Origin: Devosia sp.
Lineage (GTDB): Bacteria > Pseudomonadota > Alphaproteobacteria > Rhizobiales > Devosiaceae
Length of the DNA: 52,336 bases
Reading direction: 5' to 3'
Assembly (NCBI GenBank): GCA_041939225.1
Contig: JBGTUK010000001.1
Location: 1 to 52,336 of the forward strand
Numbering within the stretch: position 1 is the stretch's first letter; every line of letters starts with the position of its first letter. Shown in pieces: positions 20,299 to 29,341 of the stretch. The notes below the pieces were generated by a model, which worked only from the letters and a program-made list of their open reading frames with translations, was not told the origin of the DNA and ran no database searches. Made by a program: the position numbers and the translations under genes.

Positions 20299-22008
20299 AT
20301 GCCCCTGAGCCTTTCCGACCCCAATTGGTATCCGATCGCCTCGAGCGCGGATCTACCCTTCCGCCATGTCTATCAGGGCCAGTTGCTTGGCCGCGAACTC
20401 GCCGTCTGGCGGGCCGATGATGGCAATGTGAATGTCTGGGAAAACCGGTGCCTGCATCGCGGGGTGCGGCTCTCCATCGGCATCAATGAGGGCCAGGAGC
20501 TCAAATGCCAGTATCATGGCTGGCGCTATGCCAACCAATCCGCCGGCTGCACCTATATTCCCGCGCACCCTGCCGACGCGCCGGCCCGCCGCATCGAGAA
20601 CCGCAAATATCCGGTCAGGGAAGCGTTCGGCCTGATCTGGTCGGCGGCCAATGACGAACAGGCCTTTGCCCCCTTTGAAGGCGCCGAGGGTCACGAATGG
20701 TTCCCGCTACGGCCCATGCCGGTCAATGCAGCACCTGAGGATGTCCTGGCAGGCCTCGCCCGTCTGGCCCCCGACGATCAGCCGGCGGACCTCCTGCCCG
20801 GCCTGACGGTTCGTCTCGGCGGCGTGGTTTATTTCGTCCAGCCCGTCGACGCCGGACGCGCCGTGATCCGTGGCCTCCTGCCCAAGACCCCCGCCGATGA
20901 GTTGGCGACCCTGCGGCACTACAACGAGCATCTGACTAATTTGCGCGACCGTCTCGAACGCGCTGCCGCCAGAAAGCCCGCGCCCGAACCGCTGCACCCC
21001 ACCTTCGAAAAGGTCTCGACCGACCTTGCCACCATGCCCGACATTGCCGTGCCACGTGGCAATACGCTCAATGTCGTGGTCAAGCGCAAATGGCAGAGCG
21101 CCGACGCTGTCATCGGTTTCGAATTGGCTGACCGCGACGGCAACCATCTGCCCACCTTCCAGCCCGGCGCCCATATCGATGTGCATCTGCCCAACGGCCT
21201 GGTCCGGCAATACTCCATCACCAATGGGCCCGGCGACCTGTTGAGCTATGTCATCGGTGTCAAGCAGGAAAGCGCTTCAAAAGGCGGCTCCAAAGTGCTG
21301 GTTGAAACCGTTCGCGAGGGCGATGTGCTCGCCATTTCCGAACCGCGCAACAATTTCCCGCTCCGCCGCGACGCCACCCGCACGGTGCTTGTGGCCGGCG
21401 GCATCGGCATCACACCACTGCTCTCCATGGCGCGCTTTCTCGACAAGTCGAGCCTGCCTTATGAGCTGCACTACTTCACCCGCACCGGGGAGAGCGTCGC
21501 CTTCAAAAGCGAACTGAATGTGCTGCATGGTACGGTCCACATCCATACTGGCCTCGCGCGCGACGCCATCCAGGGCACCATCAATCAAGTGCTGGGGCCG
21601 CACCAGCTCGCCAATCATGTCTATATTTGTGGGCCCGGCGCCATGCTCGAGATGGTGCAGGAAACCGCCGCCGGGCTGGGCTGGCCCGACGAGGCGGTAC
21701 ATTTCGAGTATTTTCAGAACGACAGGACGATCGACGCGTCATCCGCCTTCGATATCGAGCTGGCCCGCTCGGCCTTGTCCCTGCATGTCCCCGCCGGCAA
21801 GACCATTCTCGAGGTGATGCGCGAGGCTGGCCTGACCGTCCCATCTTCCTGCGAACAGGGCGCCTGCGGAACCTGCCTCACCACCGTCATGGAAGGCGAG
21901 GTCGACCATCAGGACGTCTATCTCAACAAGAGCGAGAAGGCTTCTAATAGCTGCATGATGACCTGTGTGAGCCGGGCCAAGTCCGCGCGCCTGGTGCTGG
22001 ATATCTGA
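20299..22008 (+). CDS. ndmD: Reductase with N-terminal Rieske domain plus FAD/NAD-binding and plant-type 2Fe-2S domains, NdmD-like
   Basis: Rieske CLH...CQYH; RQYSI (flavin); AGGIGITP (NAD); YICGP; CEQGACGTC...C ferredoxin. Confidence 0.75.
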   Translation: MPLSLSDPNWYPIASSADLPFRHVYQGQLLGRELAVWRADDGNVNVWENRCLHRGVRLSIGINEGQELKCQYHGWRYANQSAGCTYIPAHPADAPARRIENRKYPVREAFGLIWSAANDEQAFAPFEGAEGHEWFPLRPMPVNAAPEDVLAGLARLAPDDQPADLLPGLTVRLGGVVYFVQPVDAGRAVIRGLLPKTPADELATLRHYNEHLTNLRDRLERAAARKPAPEPLHPTFEKVSTDLATMPDIAVPRGNTLNVVVKRKWQSADAVIGFELADRDGNHLPTFQPGAHIDVHLPNGLVRQYSITNGPGDLLSYVIGVKQESASKGGSKVLVETVREGDVLAISEPRNNFPLRRDATRTVLVAGGIGITPLLSMARFLDKSSLPYELHYFTRTGESVAFKSELNVLHGTVHIHTGLARDAIQGTINQVLGPHQLANHVYICGPGAMLEMVQETAAGLGWPDEAVHFEYFQNDRTIDASSAFDIELARSALSLHVPAGKTILEVMREAGLTVPSSCEQGACGTCLTTVMEGEVDHQDVYLNKSEKASNSCMMTCVSRAKSARLVLDI

Positions 22009-22011
22009 CCC

Positions 22012-22659
22012 ATGGCCATTACCCTTTACGACTTCGAGCTCTCCGGCAATTGCTACAAGCTGCGCCTGCTGATGAGCATTTTGGGCCTTCCTTATGACAT
22101 CGTGCCAGTGGATTTCTTCCCCGGCCGCGAGCACAAGGCAGATTGGTTCCTTCGGCTCAACCCATTCGGGCAGTTGCCTGTGCTGAAGGACGACGATCTT
22201 GTGCTTTCGGACTCCGGTGCCATTCTCGCTTACCTGGCAAGGAAGTATGACGCCTCCGGCCAATGGTTTCCGAACGATCCCGCCGTCATTGCCGAAATTC
22301 TGCGCTGGCATGCCGTTGCCGACGACATTACCTCGACCAGTTCAGCAGCTCGTTTGGCACTGGGTTATGACTATGATTTCGATATCGAGAAGTGCCAGAA
22401 GGGCGCGCATCGCATTTTCCGGCTGATCGACGAGCATCTCTGGTTCGGTGAAAAATCCGGCCGCGACTGGCTCTGCTCGCCAGCCCATCCGACCACGGCA
22501 GACATCGCCTGTTTCCCCTATGTGATGCTGAGTGAAGAAGGCGGCATATCCCGCCAGGATTACCCCGCGCTGCGGCGCTGGACCGACCGGGTGCGCCGCA
22601 TTCCCGGCTTCACCGTCATGTCCGGTATTTTCCCCGCCGGCCCGGCGAAGGTGGATTGA
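22012..22659 (+). CDS. ndmE: Glutathione S-transferase-like protein, NdmE-like structural subunit
   Basis: SGNCYKLRL, LNPFGQLPVL, DSGAILAYLA and TADIACFPYV; starts 3 bp after the ndmD-like stop. Confidence 0.7.
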   Translation: MAITLYDFELSGNCYKLRLLMSILGLPYDIVPVDFFPGREHKADWFLRLNPFGQLPVLKDDDLVLSDSGAILAYLARKYDASGQWFPNDPAVIAEILRWHAVADDITSTSSAARLALGYDYDFDIEKCQKGAHRIFRLIDEHLWFGEKSGRDWLCSPAHPTTADIACFPYVMLSEEGGISRQDYPALRRWTDRVRRIPGFTVMSGIFPAGPAKVD

Positions 22660-22675
22660 ATTAAAAATTTGAGCC

Positions 22676-22712
22676 CCCCTCCCCCTATCAGGGGGAGGTT
22701 GAGTGGAGGGTA
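22676..22712 (+). repeat. Small palindromic (REP-like) repeat, copy 1
   Basis: CCCCTCCCCCTATCAGGGGGAGGTTGAGTGGAGGGTA; 9-bp stem CCTCCCCCT/AGGGGGAGG; near-identical to 24018-24053. Confidence 0.75.
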
Positions 22713-22782
22713 GTCCGAACCCGCCCCTAGCCCTGCGCCGCCATTCCCGCTATTGCCTTGGTCAAACTGAGGAGAAAATCCC

Positions 22783-23952
22783 ATGATCATCGAACCCAAG
22801 ATCCGCGGCTTCATTTGCACCACCGCCCATCCCACAGGCTGCGCCACCAATGTGCAGCGTCAGATCGATCATGTCGTGATCAAGGGCCCCATCCCGTCCG
22901 AGCGCAAGCGCGTGCTGGTGCTTGGCTGCTCGACAGGCTATGGCCTCGCCTCGCGCATCGTCACCACCTTTGGCTCTGGCGCGGACACCGTCGGTGTTTC
23001 CTTCGAACGCGAGCCAGGCGAGACCAAGCCTGCCTCGGCCGGCTGGTACAATAACCGGGCCTTTGAAAACCGCGCCCGTGCCGCCGGCAGCAAGGCCGTG
23101 ACCATCGAGGGAGACGCGTTTTCTGATGCAGTCAAGGCGCAAACCATCGAGGCCATCAAGGAGACGCTGGGCCAGGTCGACCTGATCGTCTATTCGCTGG
23201 CCTCTCCGGTCCGCACCGACCCCAAGGACGGCGTCACCTATCGCTCGGCGATCAAGCCCTATGGCAGCCGGGTCACCTCCAAGACTCTCAATACCGGCAC
23301 CGGTGAAGTCTCCGAGGTCACTGTCGAGCCCGCCACCGAAGAAGAAGCCGCTGCCACCGTCAAGGTGATGGGCGGCGAGGATTGGGAACTCTGGATTGCC
23401 GCCCTGTCCGAGGCGGGCGTGTTGGCCGACAATTTCGTCTCGCTCAACTACACCTATCTCGGCAGCGAGCTGACCTGGCCAATCTACCACAAGGGCACCC
23501 TGGGCAAGGCCAAGGGCGACCTCGACCGTGCCGCCGCCGCCATCCGTGCCACCCATGGCGACAATGCCGCCCATGTCGTGGCCTTGAAGGCGGTCGTCAC
23601 CCAGGCCAGCTCGGCCATTCCGGTGGTGCCGCTCTATGGCACGCTGCTCATCAAGGTCGAAGACGAAATGGGCCTGGGAGAAGGCCCGATCCAGCAGATC
23701 GATCGTCTGTTCCGCGACAAGCTGCAGGGCACCATTGTGCTCGACGACGACAACCGCGTCCGCGTCGACGACTGGGAGCTGTCCGACGCCATGCAGGCCG
23801 AGTTGAAGAAGCGCTGGGCCGTGCTCAACACCGAAAACCTCGCCGATCTCGCCGACCTGCCGAAGTACCGCGAAGAATTCATGCGCCTGTTCGGCTTTGC
23901 CGTTGGCGGCGTGGATTATTCGAAAGATGTCGATCCGCGCGTGGTGGACTGA
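22783..23952 (+). CDS. fabV: Enoyl-ACP reductase FabV / trans-2-enoyl-CoA reductase
   Basis: MIIEPKIRGFICTTAHPTGC; GCSTGYGLASR; YSLASP; TVKVMGGEDW; Y-x8-K (YHKGTLGKAK); VVTQASSAIP. Confidence 0.93.
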   Translation: MIIEPKIRGFICTTAHPTGCATNVQRQIDHVVIKGPIPSERKRVLVLGCSTGYGLASRIVTTFGSGADTVGVSFEREPGETKPASAGWYNNRAFENRARAAGSKAVTIEGDAFSDAVKAQTIEAIKETLGQVDLIVYSLASPVRTDPKDGVTYRSAIKPYGSRVTSKTLNTGTGEVSEVTVEPATEEEAAATVKVMGGEDWELWIAALSEAGVLADNFVSLNYTYLGSELTWPIYHKGTLGKAKGDLDRAAAAIRATHGDNAAHVVALKAVVTQASSAIPVVPLYGTLLIKVEDEMGLGEGPIQQIDRLFRDKLQGTIVLDDDNRVRVDDWELSDAMQAELKKRWAVLNTENLADLADLPKYREEFMRLFGFAVGGVDYSKDVDPRVVD

Positions 23953-23989
23953 GGGCACTCACCTCGTTTGAGAGTTAAGATCGGTCTGC

Positions 23990-25093
23990 TTATGACCCTC
24001 GATGATCACCTGAACCGCCCCTCCCCCTATCAGGGGGATGTTGGGTGGGGGTACCCTCCTCCGACCGGTAATGGTGCTCCCCACCCTGCCAGTCCCGCAC
24101 GGTAAAGCACCCGTCTGCCCCTGTAATCGAAGCCGCGCCGATATCCGTCTTGCCATACCCACCCGGAATATCGAGCACATAGACCGGCTGGCACAGCCCC
24201 GAAATCCGCCCGCGCAACGCCTGCACCAGACGCTGTCCTTCCTCGATCCCGACACGGAAATGCCCCGTACCGGGCGCTAGATCCGGGTGATGCAGGTAAT
24301 AGGGCCGGATACGGTTTTCGACGAAACCGCGCATCAACGCCGCCAAGGTCTCGACGTCATCATTGACGCCCTTGAGCAGCACGCTCTGGCTGATTAGTGC
24401 GATGCCACCGGCCAGCATCAGATCAAAACCAGCTTTCGCCGCATCGGTCAGTTCGCGCGGGTGATTGGCATGCACGGCGAGATAGGTTGTCTTGCCGCTC
24501 GCGGTCAGCGCGGCCACCATCGCCTCGTTGATCCGCTCCGGCTCAACCACCGGCACCCGCGTATGAAAGCGGACAACTTTGACGTGCTCGATACCCGCCA
24601 GCCGCTCCATCAGGTCACGCAACCGGCGGGGCGACAGCACCAGCGGATCACCACCGGTCAGGATCACCTCCCAGATTTCGCTATGTGCTGCGATATAGCC
24701 GATGGCCGCATCCAGCTCTGCCGAATTCAGCGTCCCCAGCCCTTGTGGCCCGACCATTTCCCGCCGAAAGCAGAACCGGCAATAGACGGGGCACACATGC
24801 ACCGCCTTGAGCAAGACCCGGTCGGGATAACGATGCACGATCCCGTCCACCGGCGAGTGGGTCAGATCGCCGATCGGATCAGCCCGCTCTTCTGGCGTCG
24901 TGTTCAATTCATCGGCCGTAGGCACGAATTGCCGCGCAATCGGGTCGTCGGGATCACCTCGATCAATCAGGTCCAGCACTGCCGGCGTAATGCCAATAGC
25001 GTATCTTTCGGCGACCTTATCGAGCGCGGCGTTCGGCGCAACAAGCCCATCGGCCTGCAAATCCGCAACGGATTTGAGCGATGAGACCTTCAT
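23990..25093 (-). CDS. epmB: EF-P beta-lysylation protein EpmB (lysine 2,3-aminomutase-like radical SAM)
   Basis: HRYPDRVLL, CPVYCRFCFRR, ILTGGDPL, QSVLLKGVND and PYYLHHPD; ATGA overlap with the epmA stop. Confidence 0.9.
   Translation of the reverse strand: MKVSSLKSVADLQADGLVAPNAALDKVAERYAIGITPAVLDLIDRGDPDDPIARQFVPTADELNTTPEERADPIGDLTHSPVDGIVHRYPDRVLLKAVHVCPVYCRFCFRREMVGPQGLGTLNSAELDAAIGYIAAHSEIWEVILTGGDPLVLSPRRLRDLMERLAGIEHVKVVRFHTRVPVVEPERINEAMVAALTASGKTTYLAVHANHPRELTDAAKAGFDLMLAGGIALISQSVLLKGVNDDVETLAALMRGFVENRIRPYYLHHPDLAPGTGHFRVGIEEGQRLVQALRGRISGLCQPVYVLDIPGGYGKTDIGAASITGADGCFTVRDWQGGEHHYRSEEGTPTQHPPDRGRGGSGDHRGS
24018..24053 (+). repeat. Small palindromic (REP-like) repeat, copy 2, inside the 3' end of epmB
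   Basis: CCCCTCCCCCTATCAGGGGGATGTTGGGTGGGGGTA; matches copy 1. Confidence 0.75.
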
Positions 25094-26139
25094 TCCCCCA
25101 CCGGCGCCCACAGCACCGCCTCGATCCGCTGCGCACCGGTGGCCAGCATCACCAACCGGTCGAACCCGAGAGCAACCCCACTGGCCTCGGGCATGAAATC
25201 AAGCGCGGCTAGAAAATCTTCGTCAATTGGATAGCGTTCCCCATAAAGGCGCTGCTTTTCTGCCATTTCCGCCTCGAACCGCACGCGCTGCTCGGCAGCG
25301 TTTGTCAATTCGCCAAAGCCATTGGCCAGTTCGACGCCGGCTGCATAAACCTCGAAACGTTCCGAAACCCGTCCATCCCCCGGCACGCGCCGCGCCAGCG
25401 CCGCTTCACAGGCAGGATAGCGATCCAGCACAGTCACGCGCCCATTGCCCAGTTCCGGCTCGACTTTCTCCACCAGCACATGCGTAAACAGATAGCTCCA
25501 GCGTCTTTCCTCGGGCAGCGCCATGCCTGCTCGCACCAATTGCTCGGCCAGCGCCGCATCATCGGGTTCGCCGTCGTCATCCATGGTCGCCAACAGGTCG
25601 ATGCCCGCAAAGCGCTCGAAAGCCTCGGCCACGCTGATCCGCTCTGCTTCGGCAAGCGGATCGCAAAGCCGGTCGCGAAAAGTGAACCGCGCAATTCCCG
25701 TCACCTCTGCCGCCAGCCGGATCATGGCCAGCGTATCGGCGATAATAGCCTCATAGGGGGCGCCCGCCCGATACCATTCGAGCATGGTGAATTCGGGATG
25801 GTGCAGAGCGCTGCGCTCGCGATTGCGCCAGACATGCTGCAGGCTCGCAATCCGGCTCTCCCCGGCGGCCAGCAGCTTCTTCATGGTGAATTCGGGCGAG
25901 GTATGCAGGTACATGCCCTGCCCCACCCCGTCATTGCCGATCATCTGCGTACCAAAGGCGTGCAGATGCGCTTCATTGCCAGGCGAGCGCTGCAGACCTG
26001 GCGGATCGACAATCAGGAAGTCCCGCTCGGCCAGCCAGCCACGCAGGCGGGCCTCGATCCGCGCCCGCGCCAGCAGCGCCGGCCGCCGGTCAGCATGGCG
26101 GTCGGGATGCCACCAGGGCGATGTCTGGGATGCCGTCAT
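25090..26139 (-). CDS. epmA: EF-P lysine aminoacylase EpmA (GenX/PoxA)
   Basis: [43 protein letters not shown] and [10 protein letters not shown]; LysRS catalytic domain without an anticodon domain. Confidence 0.95.
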   Translation of the reverse strand: MTASQTSPWWHPDRHADRRPALLARARIEARLRGWLAERDFLIVDPPGLQRSPGNEAHLHAFGTQMIGNDGVGQGMYLHTSPEFTMKKLLAAGESRIASLQHVWRNRERSALHHPEFTMLEWYRAGAPYEAIIADTLAMIRLAAEVTGIARFTFRDRLCDPLAEAERISVAEAFERFAGIDLLATMDDDGEPDDAALAEQLVRAGMALPEERRWSYLFTHVLVEKVEPELGNGRVTVLDRYPACEAALARRVPGDGRVSERFEVYAAGVELANGFGELTNAAEQRVRFEAEMAEKQRLYGERYPIDEDFLAALDFMPEASGVALGFDRLVMLATGAQRIEAVLWAPVGE

Positions 26140-26270
26140 TGATGGGTTTCTTGCCGTCCGGTCTGGCGAAAGGGCGCGGAATACTGTATCGGGCGCACCA
26201 CATAGACATATTCCGGCGCCCGGATGGCCCTGCCTCTAGCCCGCGCCAACGATACGAACAAGGAAGAAAT

Positions 26271-26840
26271 ATGGTCAAGGTCATCGCCTCGTCGCTACGC
26301 AAAGGCAATGTCGTCGAACAGGACGGCAATTTGCATGTCGTGCTAACGGCGGAAAACGTCCACCCCGGCAAGGGTAATTCGATCACCAACGTCAACATGC
26401 GCCGCATCACTGACGGCGTGAAGGTCGTTGGCCGCTGGCGTACGGTCGAAATGGTCGAAAAGGCCGACGTGGACGACCGCGAGTACGACTATCTTTATTC
26501 CGATGGCGAGGGCCACCATTTCATGGAGCCTCAGACCTATGAGCAGATCACCGTCTCCGACGACGTGATCGGCGACCAGAAGGCCTATCTCACCGATGGC
26601 ATGAAGGTGCATCTGATGACCCATGAGGGCATCGCGCTGTCCATGGAGCTGCCACAGCGCCTGACGTTTGAAATTGTGGAGACCGAGCCGGTGGTGAAGG
26701 GCCAGACCGCCTCTTCTTCCTACAAGCCTGCGGTTCTCAACAACGGTCTGCGCGTCATGGTCCCGCCCCATATCGGCACCGGCACCCGCATTGTCATCCT
26801 CACCGAAGACAATTCCTACGTCGAACGCGCCAAGGACTGA
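26271..26840 (+). CDS. efp: Elongation factor P
   Basis: RBS AGGAAG before ATG 26271; loop HPGKG with the modifiable Lys; [12 protein letters not shown]...[10 protein letters not shown]...YVERA. Confidence 0.97.
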   Translation: MVKVIASSLRKGNVVEQDGNLHVVLTAENVHPGKGNSITNVNMRRITDGVKVVGRWRTVEMVEKADVDDREYDYLYSDGEGHHFMEPQTYEQITVSDDVIGDQKAYLTDGMKVHLMTHEGIALSMELPQRLTFEIVETEPVVKGQTASSSYKPAVLNNGLRVMVPPHIGTGTRIVILTEDNSYVERAKD

Positions 26841-26896
26841 TCGCCGGCGCCCACTTTCAGGCCCCGAAGTGTTCCCAGGGGTTGCTTTGCTAATAC

Positions 26897-26922
26897 GAAA
26901 CGGGTCCTTGCGGACCCGTTTT
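26897..26922. terminator. Bidirectional intrinsic terminator between efp and the convergent small gene
   Basis: GAAACGGGTCC-ttgc-GGACCCGTTTT stem-loop with A/T tracts on both sides. Confidence 0.7.
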
Positions 26923-27143
26923 CAGTTTTCGTCCAGATCACGCTCGGCTTCGGTCCAGAACAATTCCGCCTGGTCCGGCGGAGCGCCGCCGGCAAGCCAC
27001 CGATCATAGGCGAACTGCCGCACGAGCGCTTCCTTGGCACGGAGCCAATAGGCCATCGCCTGACCCTCGGGCCGACCATCCTGCTCCCACATGAAGTAGG
27101 CAGTCTGTCTGAGCTGCTCGGCGATGGCAGAATTCTTGTGCAT
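26922..27143 (-). CDS. DUF2934-like small protein
   Basis: LRQTAYFMWEQDGRPEGQAMAYWLRA matches the R-A-Y-x-x-W-E..GRP.G....W..A pattern; downstream of yciF. Confidence 0.7.
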   Translation of the reverse strand: MHKNSAIAEQLRQTAYFMWEQDGRPEGQAMAYWLRAKEALVRQFAYDRWLAGGAPPDQAELFWTEAERDLDEN

Positions 27144-27166
27144 GAACCGCGCCCCGTAGCAGCGGA

Positions 27167-27658
27167 TCAGGCAGCGGCCTTGAGGTTGACCGCCGACTTG
27201 GCCAGCTTGGTCAACTTCTCGTCGGTGGCTTCTTCTTCCTTCAGGGTTTCAAGGAACAGGTCCAGCGCTTCGGTGTGGCCGAGCTGCTTTGCCCAGGTGG
27301 CCAAAGTGCCATAGCGGGCCATCTCGTAGTGCTCGACTGCCTGCGCAGCCGAAACGAGTCCGGCATCAAGAGCCTGGGTGCCCTTGAACTCTTCCATGAT
27401 CTCCTTGCCCTCCTCGATAATGCCGAGAATGGCGTCACAGGTCTTGCCGCGCGGCGACTTACCGAGCAACTCGAACACCTTTTCAAGGCGCTCGACATGC
27501 ACTTCCGTTTCGGACTTGTGCTGTTCAAAACCCGCCTTGAGATCTTCCGAAGTAGCCGCCTTGGCCATTTTCGGCAGAGCCTTCAGAATTTGCCGCTCGG
27601 CATAGTAGATGTCCTTGAGAGTATCGAGGAAGAGATCGTCCAGTTGCTTCTCAGCCAT
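27167..27658 (-). CDS. yciF: Ferritin-like stress protein YciF (DUF892)
   Basis: LKDIYYAERQILKALPKM; H...ETE.HVERLE; AQAVEHYEMARYGTL; EEEATDEKL. Confidence 0.9.
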   Translation of the reverse strand: MAEKQLDDLFLDTLKDIYYAERQILKALPKMAKAATSEDLKAGFEQHKSETEVHVERLEKVFELLGKSPRGKTCDAILGIIEEGKEIMEEFKGTQALDAGLVSAAQAVEHYEMARYGTLATWAKQLGHTEALDLFLETLKEEEATDEKLTKLAKSAVNLKAAA

Positions 27659-27704
27659 TTGTCTTCAGCTCCGGTTCGTATTGGAATGATGACGCTGGCT
27701 CTGG

Positions 27705-27729
27705 AACGATGGCGCTGAACCGAAGTTCC
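27705..27729 (-). promoter_or_regulatory. EcfG (sigmaT/RpoE2) general stress response promoter for yciF
   Basis: Minus strand reads GGAAC-ttcggttcagcgccat(16 nt)-CGTT, the alphaproteobacterial EcfG consensus, about 47 bp upstream of yciF. Confidence 0.75.
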
Positions 27730-27757
27730 GGCACCACCCGATCACATCTGACTTGCG

Positions 27758-28729
27758 CTACACCCCGAAGCGCTCCGACAACCACGCCATCTGCTGGCGG
27801 TCCTGGAATGGCCCGCCGCCCTCGTGGTTGTTGAATTCATAGTCGATGATGGTCTTGTCTGTACCCGCAAAGGCCTTGAACGCTCCATAGACGGTCGAGG
27901 GCGGGCAGATATCGTCCATCAGTGCCACGGAAAACAGCGCCGCCGCCTGGCTCTGCCGGGCGAAATTGACGCCGTCGAAATACCGTAGCGTTTTGAATAC
28001 ATCGTCCTTCTTGTCCCGATGTTGCGCCAGGAATCGCACGATCTCACCATAAGGGTCGCGCCCGGCCACGCGTACGGCCCTGGGAAAATCGCAGAGAAAC
28101 GGAACATCAGGCATCACCGCTTTGACCCTGGCGTCGATCCCCGCCACCGCCAGCGCAATGCCGCCGCCCTGCGAACCACCGCAGACCGCGACGCGGTCGG
28201 GATCAACAAAGTCCTGCCCGATCAACGCATCGATGGCGCGCACGCCATCGGTGAACAACCGGCGGTAATAGTAGTCATCCCGATTGAGGATTCCCTTGGT
28301 CATGACCCCGGGAATCTGGCTGGTCGACCCGATCGGATCCGGCGTTGCGCCAGTGCTCCAGCCCGAACCCTGCCCGCGAGTGTCCATCCGGAAATAGGCA
28401 AAGCCCGATGCCGCCCAATGCAAGAGCTCGTGTGGAAAGCCTCGTCCCCCGCCATAGCCGACATATTGTGCCAGCAGCGGCAGCCGGCCTTCGCGTTGTT
28501 TCGGCAACGCCAGCCACCCCTTGACCGGATGCCCGCCAAAACCGGGAAAAGTGACGTCGAACACCTCGATCAGCTTAAGCGTGGTCTGCGCCGGTGCGAT
28601 CTCCATGGCCCCGCCAGCCTGCCGCGCCTCTGTCAATGTCGAGTCCCAGAACGCGGCGAAATCGCCCGGCAGGTCCACTGCGCTTTCGTAAAGATCAAGG
28701 GCTGGATGAACGAGGTCGGGGAAGGGCAT
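27758..28729 (-). CDS. Acetylxylan esterase / cephalosporin-C deacetylase (CE7)
   Basis: RGQG motif; nucleophile GGSQGGG; DDICPPST; HEGG. Confidence 0.9.
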   Translation of the reverse strand: MPFPDLVHPALDLYESAVDLPGDFAAFWDSTLTEARQAGGAMEIAPAQTTLKLIEVFDVTFPGFGGHPVKGWLALPKQREGRLPLLAQYVGYGGGRGFPHELLHWAASGFAYFRMDTRGQGSGWSTGATPDPIGSTSQIPGVMTKGILNRDDYYYRRLFTDGVRAIDALIGQDFVDPDRVAVCGGSQGGGIALAVAGIDARVKAVMPDVPFLCDFPRAVRVAGRDPYGEIVRFLAQHRDKKDDVFKTLRYFDGVNFARQSQAAALFSVALMDDICPPSTVYGAFKAFAGTDKTIIDYEFNNHEGGGPFQDRQQMAWLSERFGV

Positions 28730-28814
28730 AGTGTTTCCAAGGGCCGAAAATAACCCCGGTAATCTGCCCGCTATGCACCGAATTATCTAGTCCTCAGAGG
28801 TCGATACGCAGTGC

Positions 28815-29249
28815 TTATTGTGCTCGGAACAGGCTGCGGTGATAGCCGACCATGGCCCGCTGCGGCCAGAGCGATATATTATCGGGCAACACCATATTGC
28901 GCCCATGCGCATCGCTTGCTTCCACCGGCTCGGAGACGATTTCAGGATGTGAAGTATAAGCGCAATAGGCGTCGCTGATCAGCAGATGGCCCTTGCTCAG
29001 CAGTCCAGCCACTACTGTGTCCACAACAACGGCATTGTCCGGGGCCATACGGCCACCATGTTCCAGGGGTTGAAACAGGAATACTTCGAGATGTTCGTCG
29101 GCTTCGTCTGCAGCGTAGCTCTTCCCGGTCACGGCACAGCGCCGGTTATAAGTTTCCAGCATGAGCTGCCGAAATGACACAGCGTCATCCAGCGCAAAGC
29201 CGCGCTGGATGCCCTCGGCAAACCCTACAGAACGGACTCGATCGGCCAC
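28815..29249 (-). CDS. Degenerate HNH-endonuclease-like protein
   Basis: FRQLMLETYNRRCAVTG and C-terminal P...P....YHR match alphaproteobacterial HNH proteins, but the catalytic His positions are substituted. GTG 29249 has a G-rich RBS; alternative start TTG 29306. Confidence 0.55.
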   Translation of the reverse strand: MADRVRSVGFAEGIQRGFALDDAVSFRQLMLETYNRRCAVTGKSYAADEADEHLEVFLFQPLEHGGRMAPDNAVVVDTVVAGLLSKGHLLISDAYCAYTSHPEIVSEPVEASDAHGRNMVLPDNISLWPQRAMVGYHRSLFRAQ

Positions 29250-29341
29250 CGGAATTCCCCCATCAGGGAAAACACTATGACTTTTTGACCATGAGACAAT
29301 GGCCAATCTGCCGTTGATCAGACTGTTATCGATGACAGACT

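Noticed and set aside
22762-23958. 398-aa ORF antisense to fabV
   Set aside because: Mirror-frame artefact of GC-rich codon usage; the fabV strand carries all the family motifs.
23990-26840. efp with epmA and epmB but no epmC
   Set aside because: Ordinary arrangement; EpmC is not required for beta-lysylation and is restricted to some Gammaproteobacteria.
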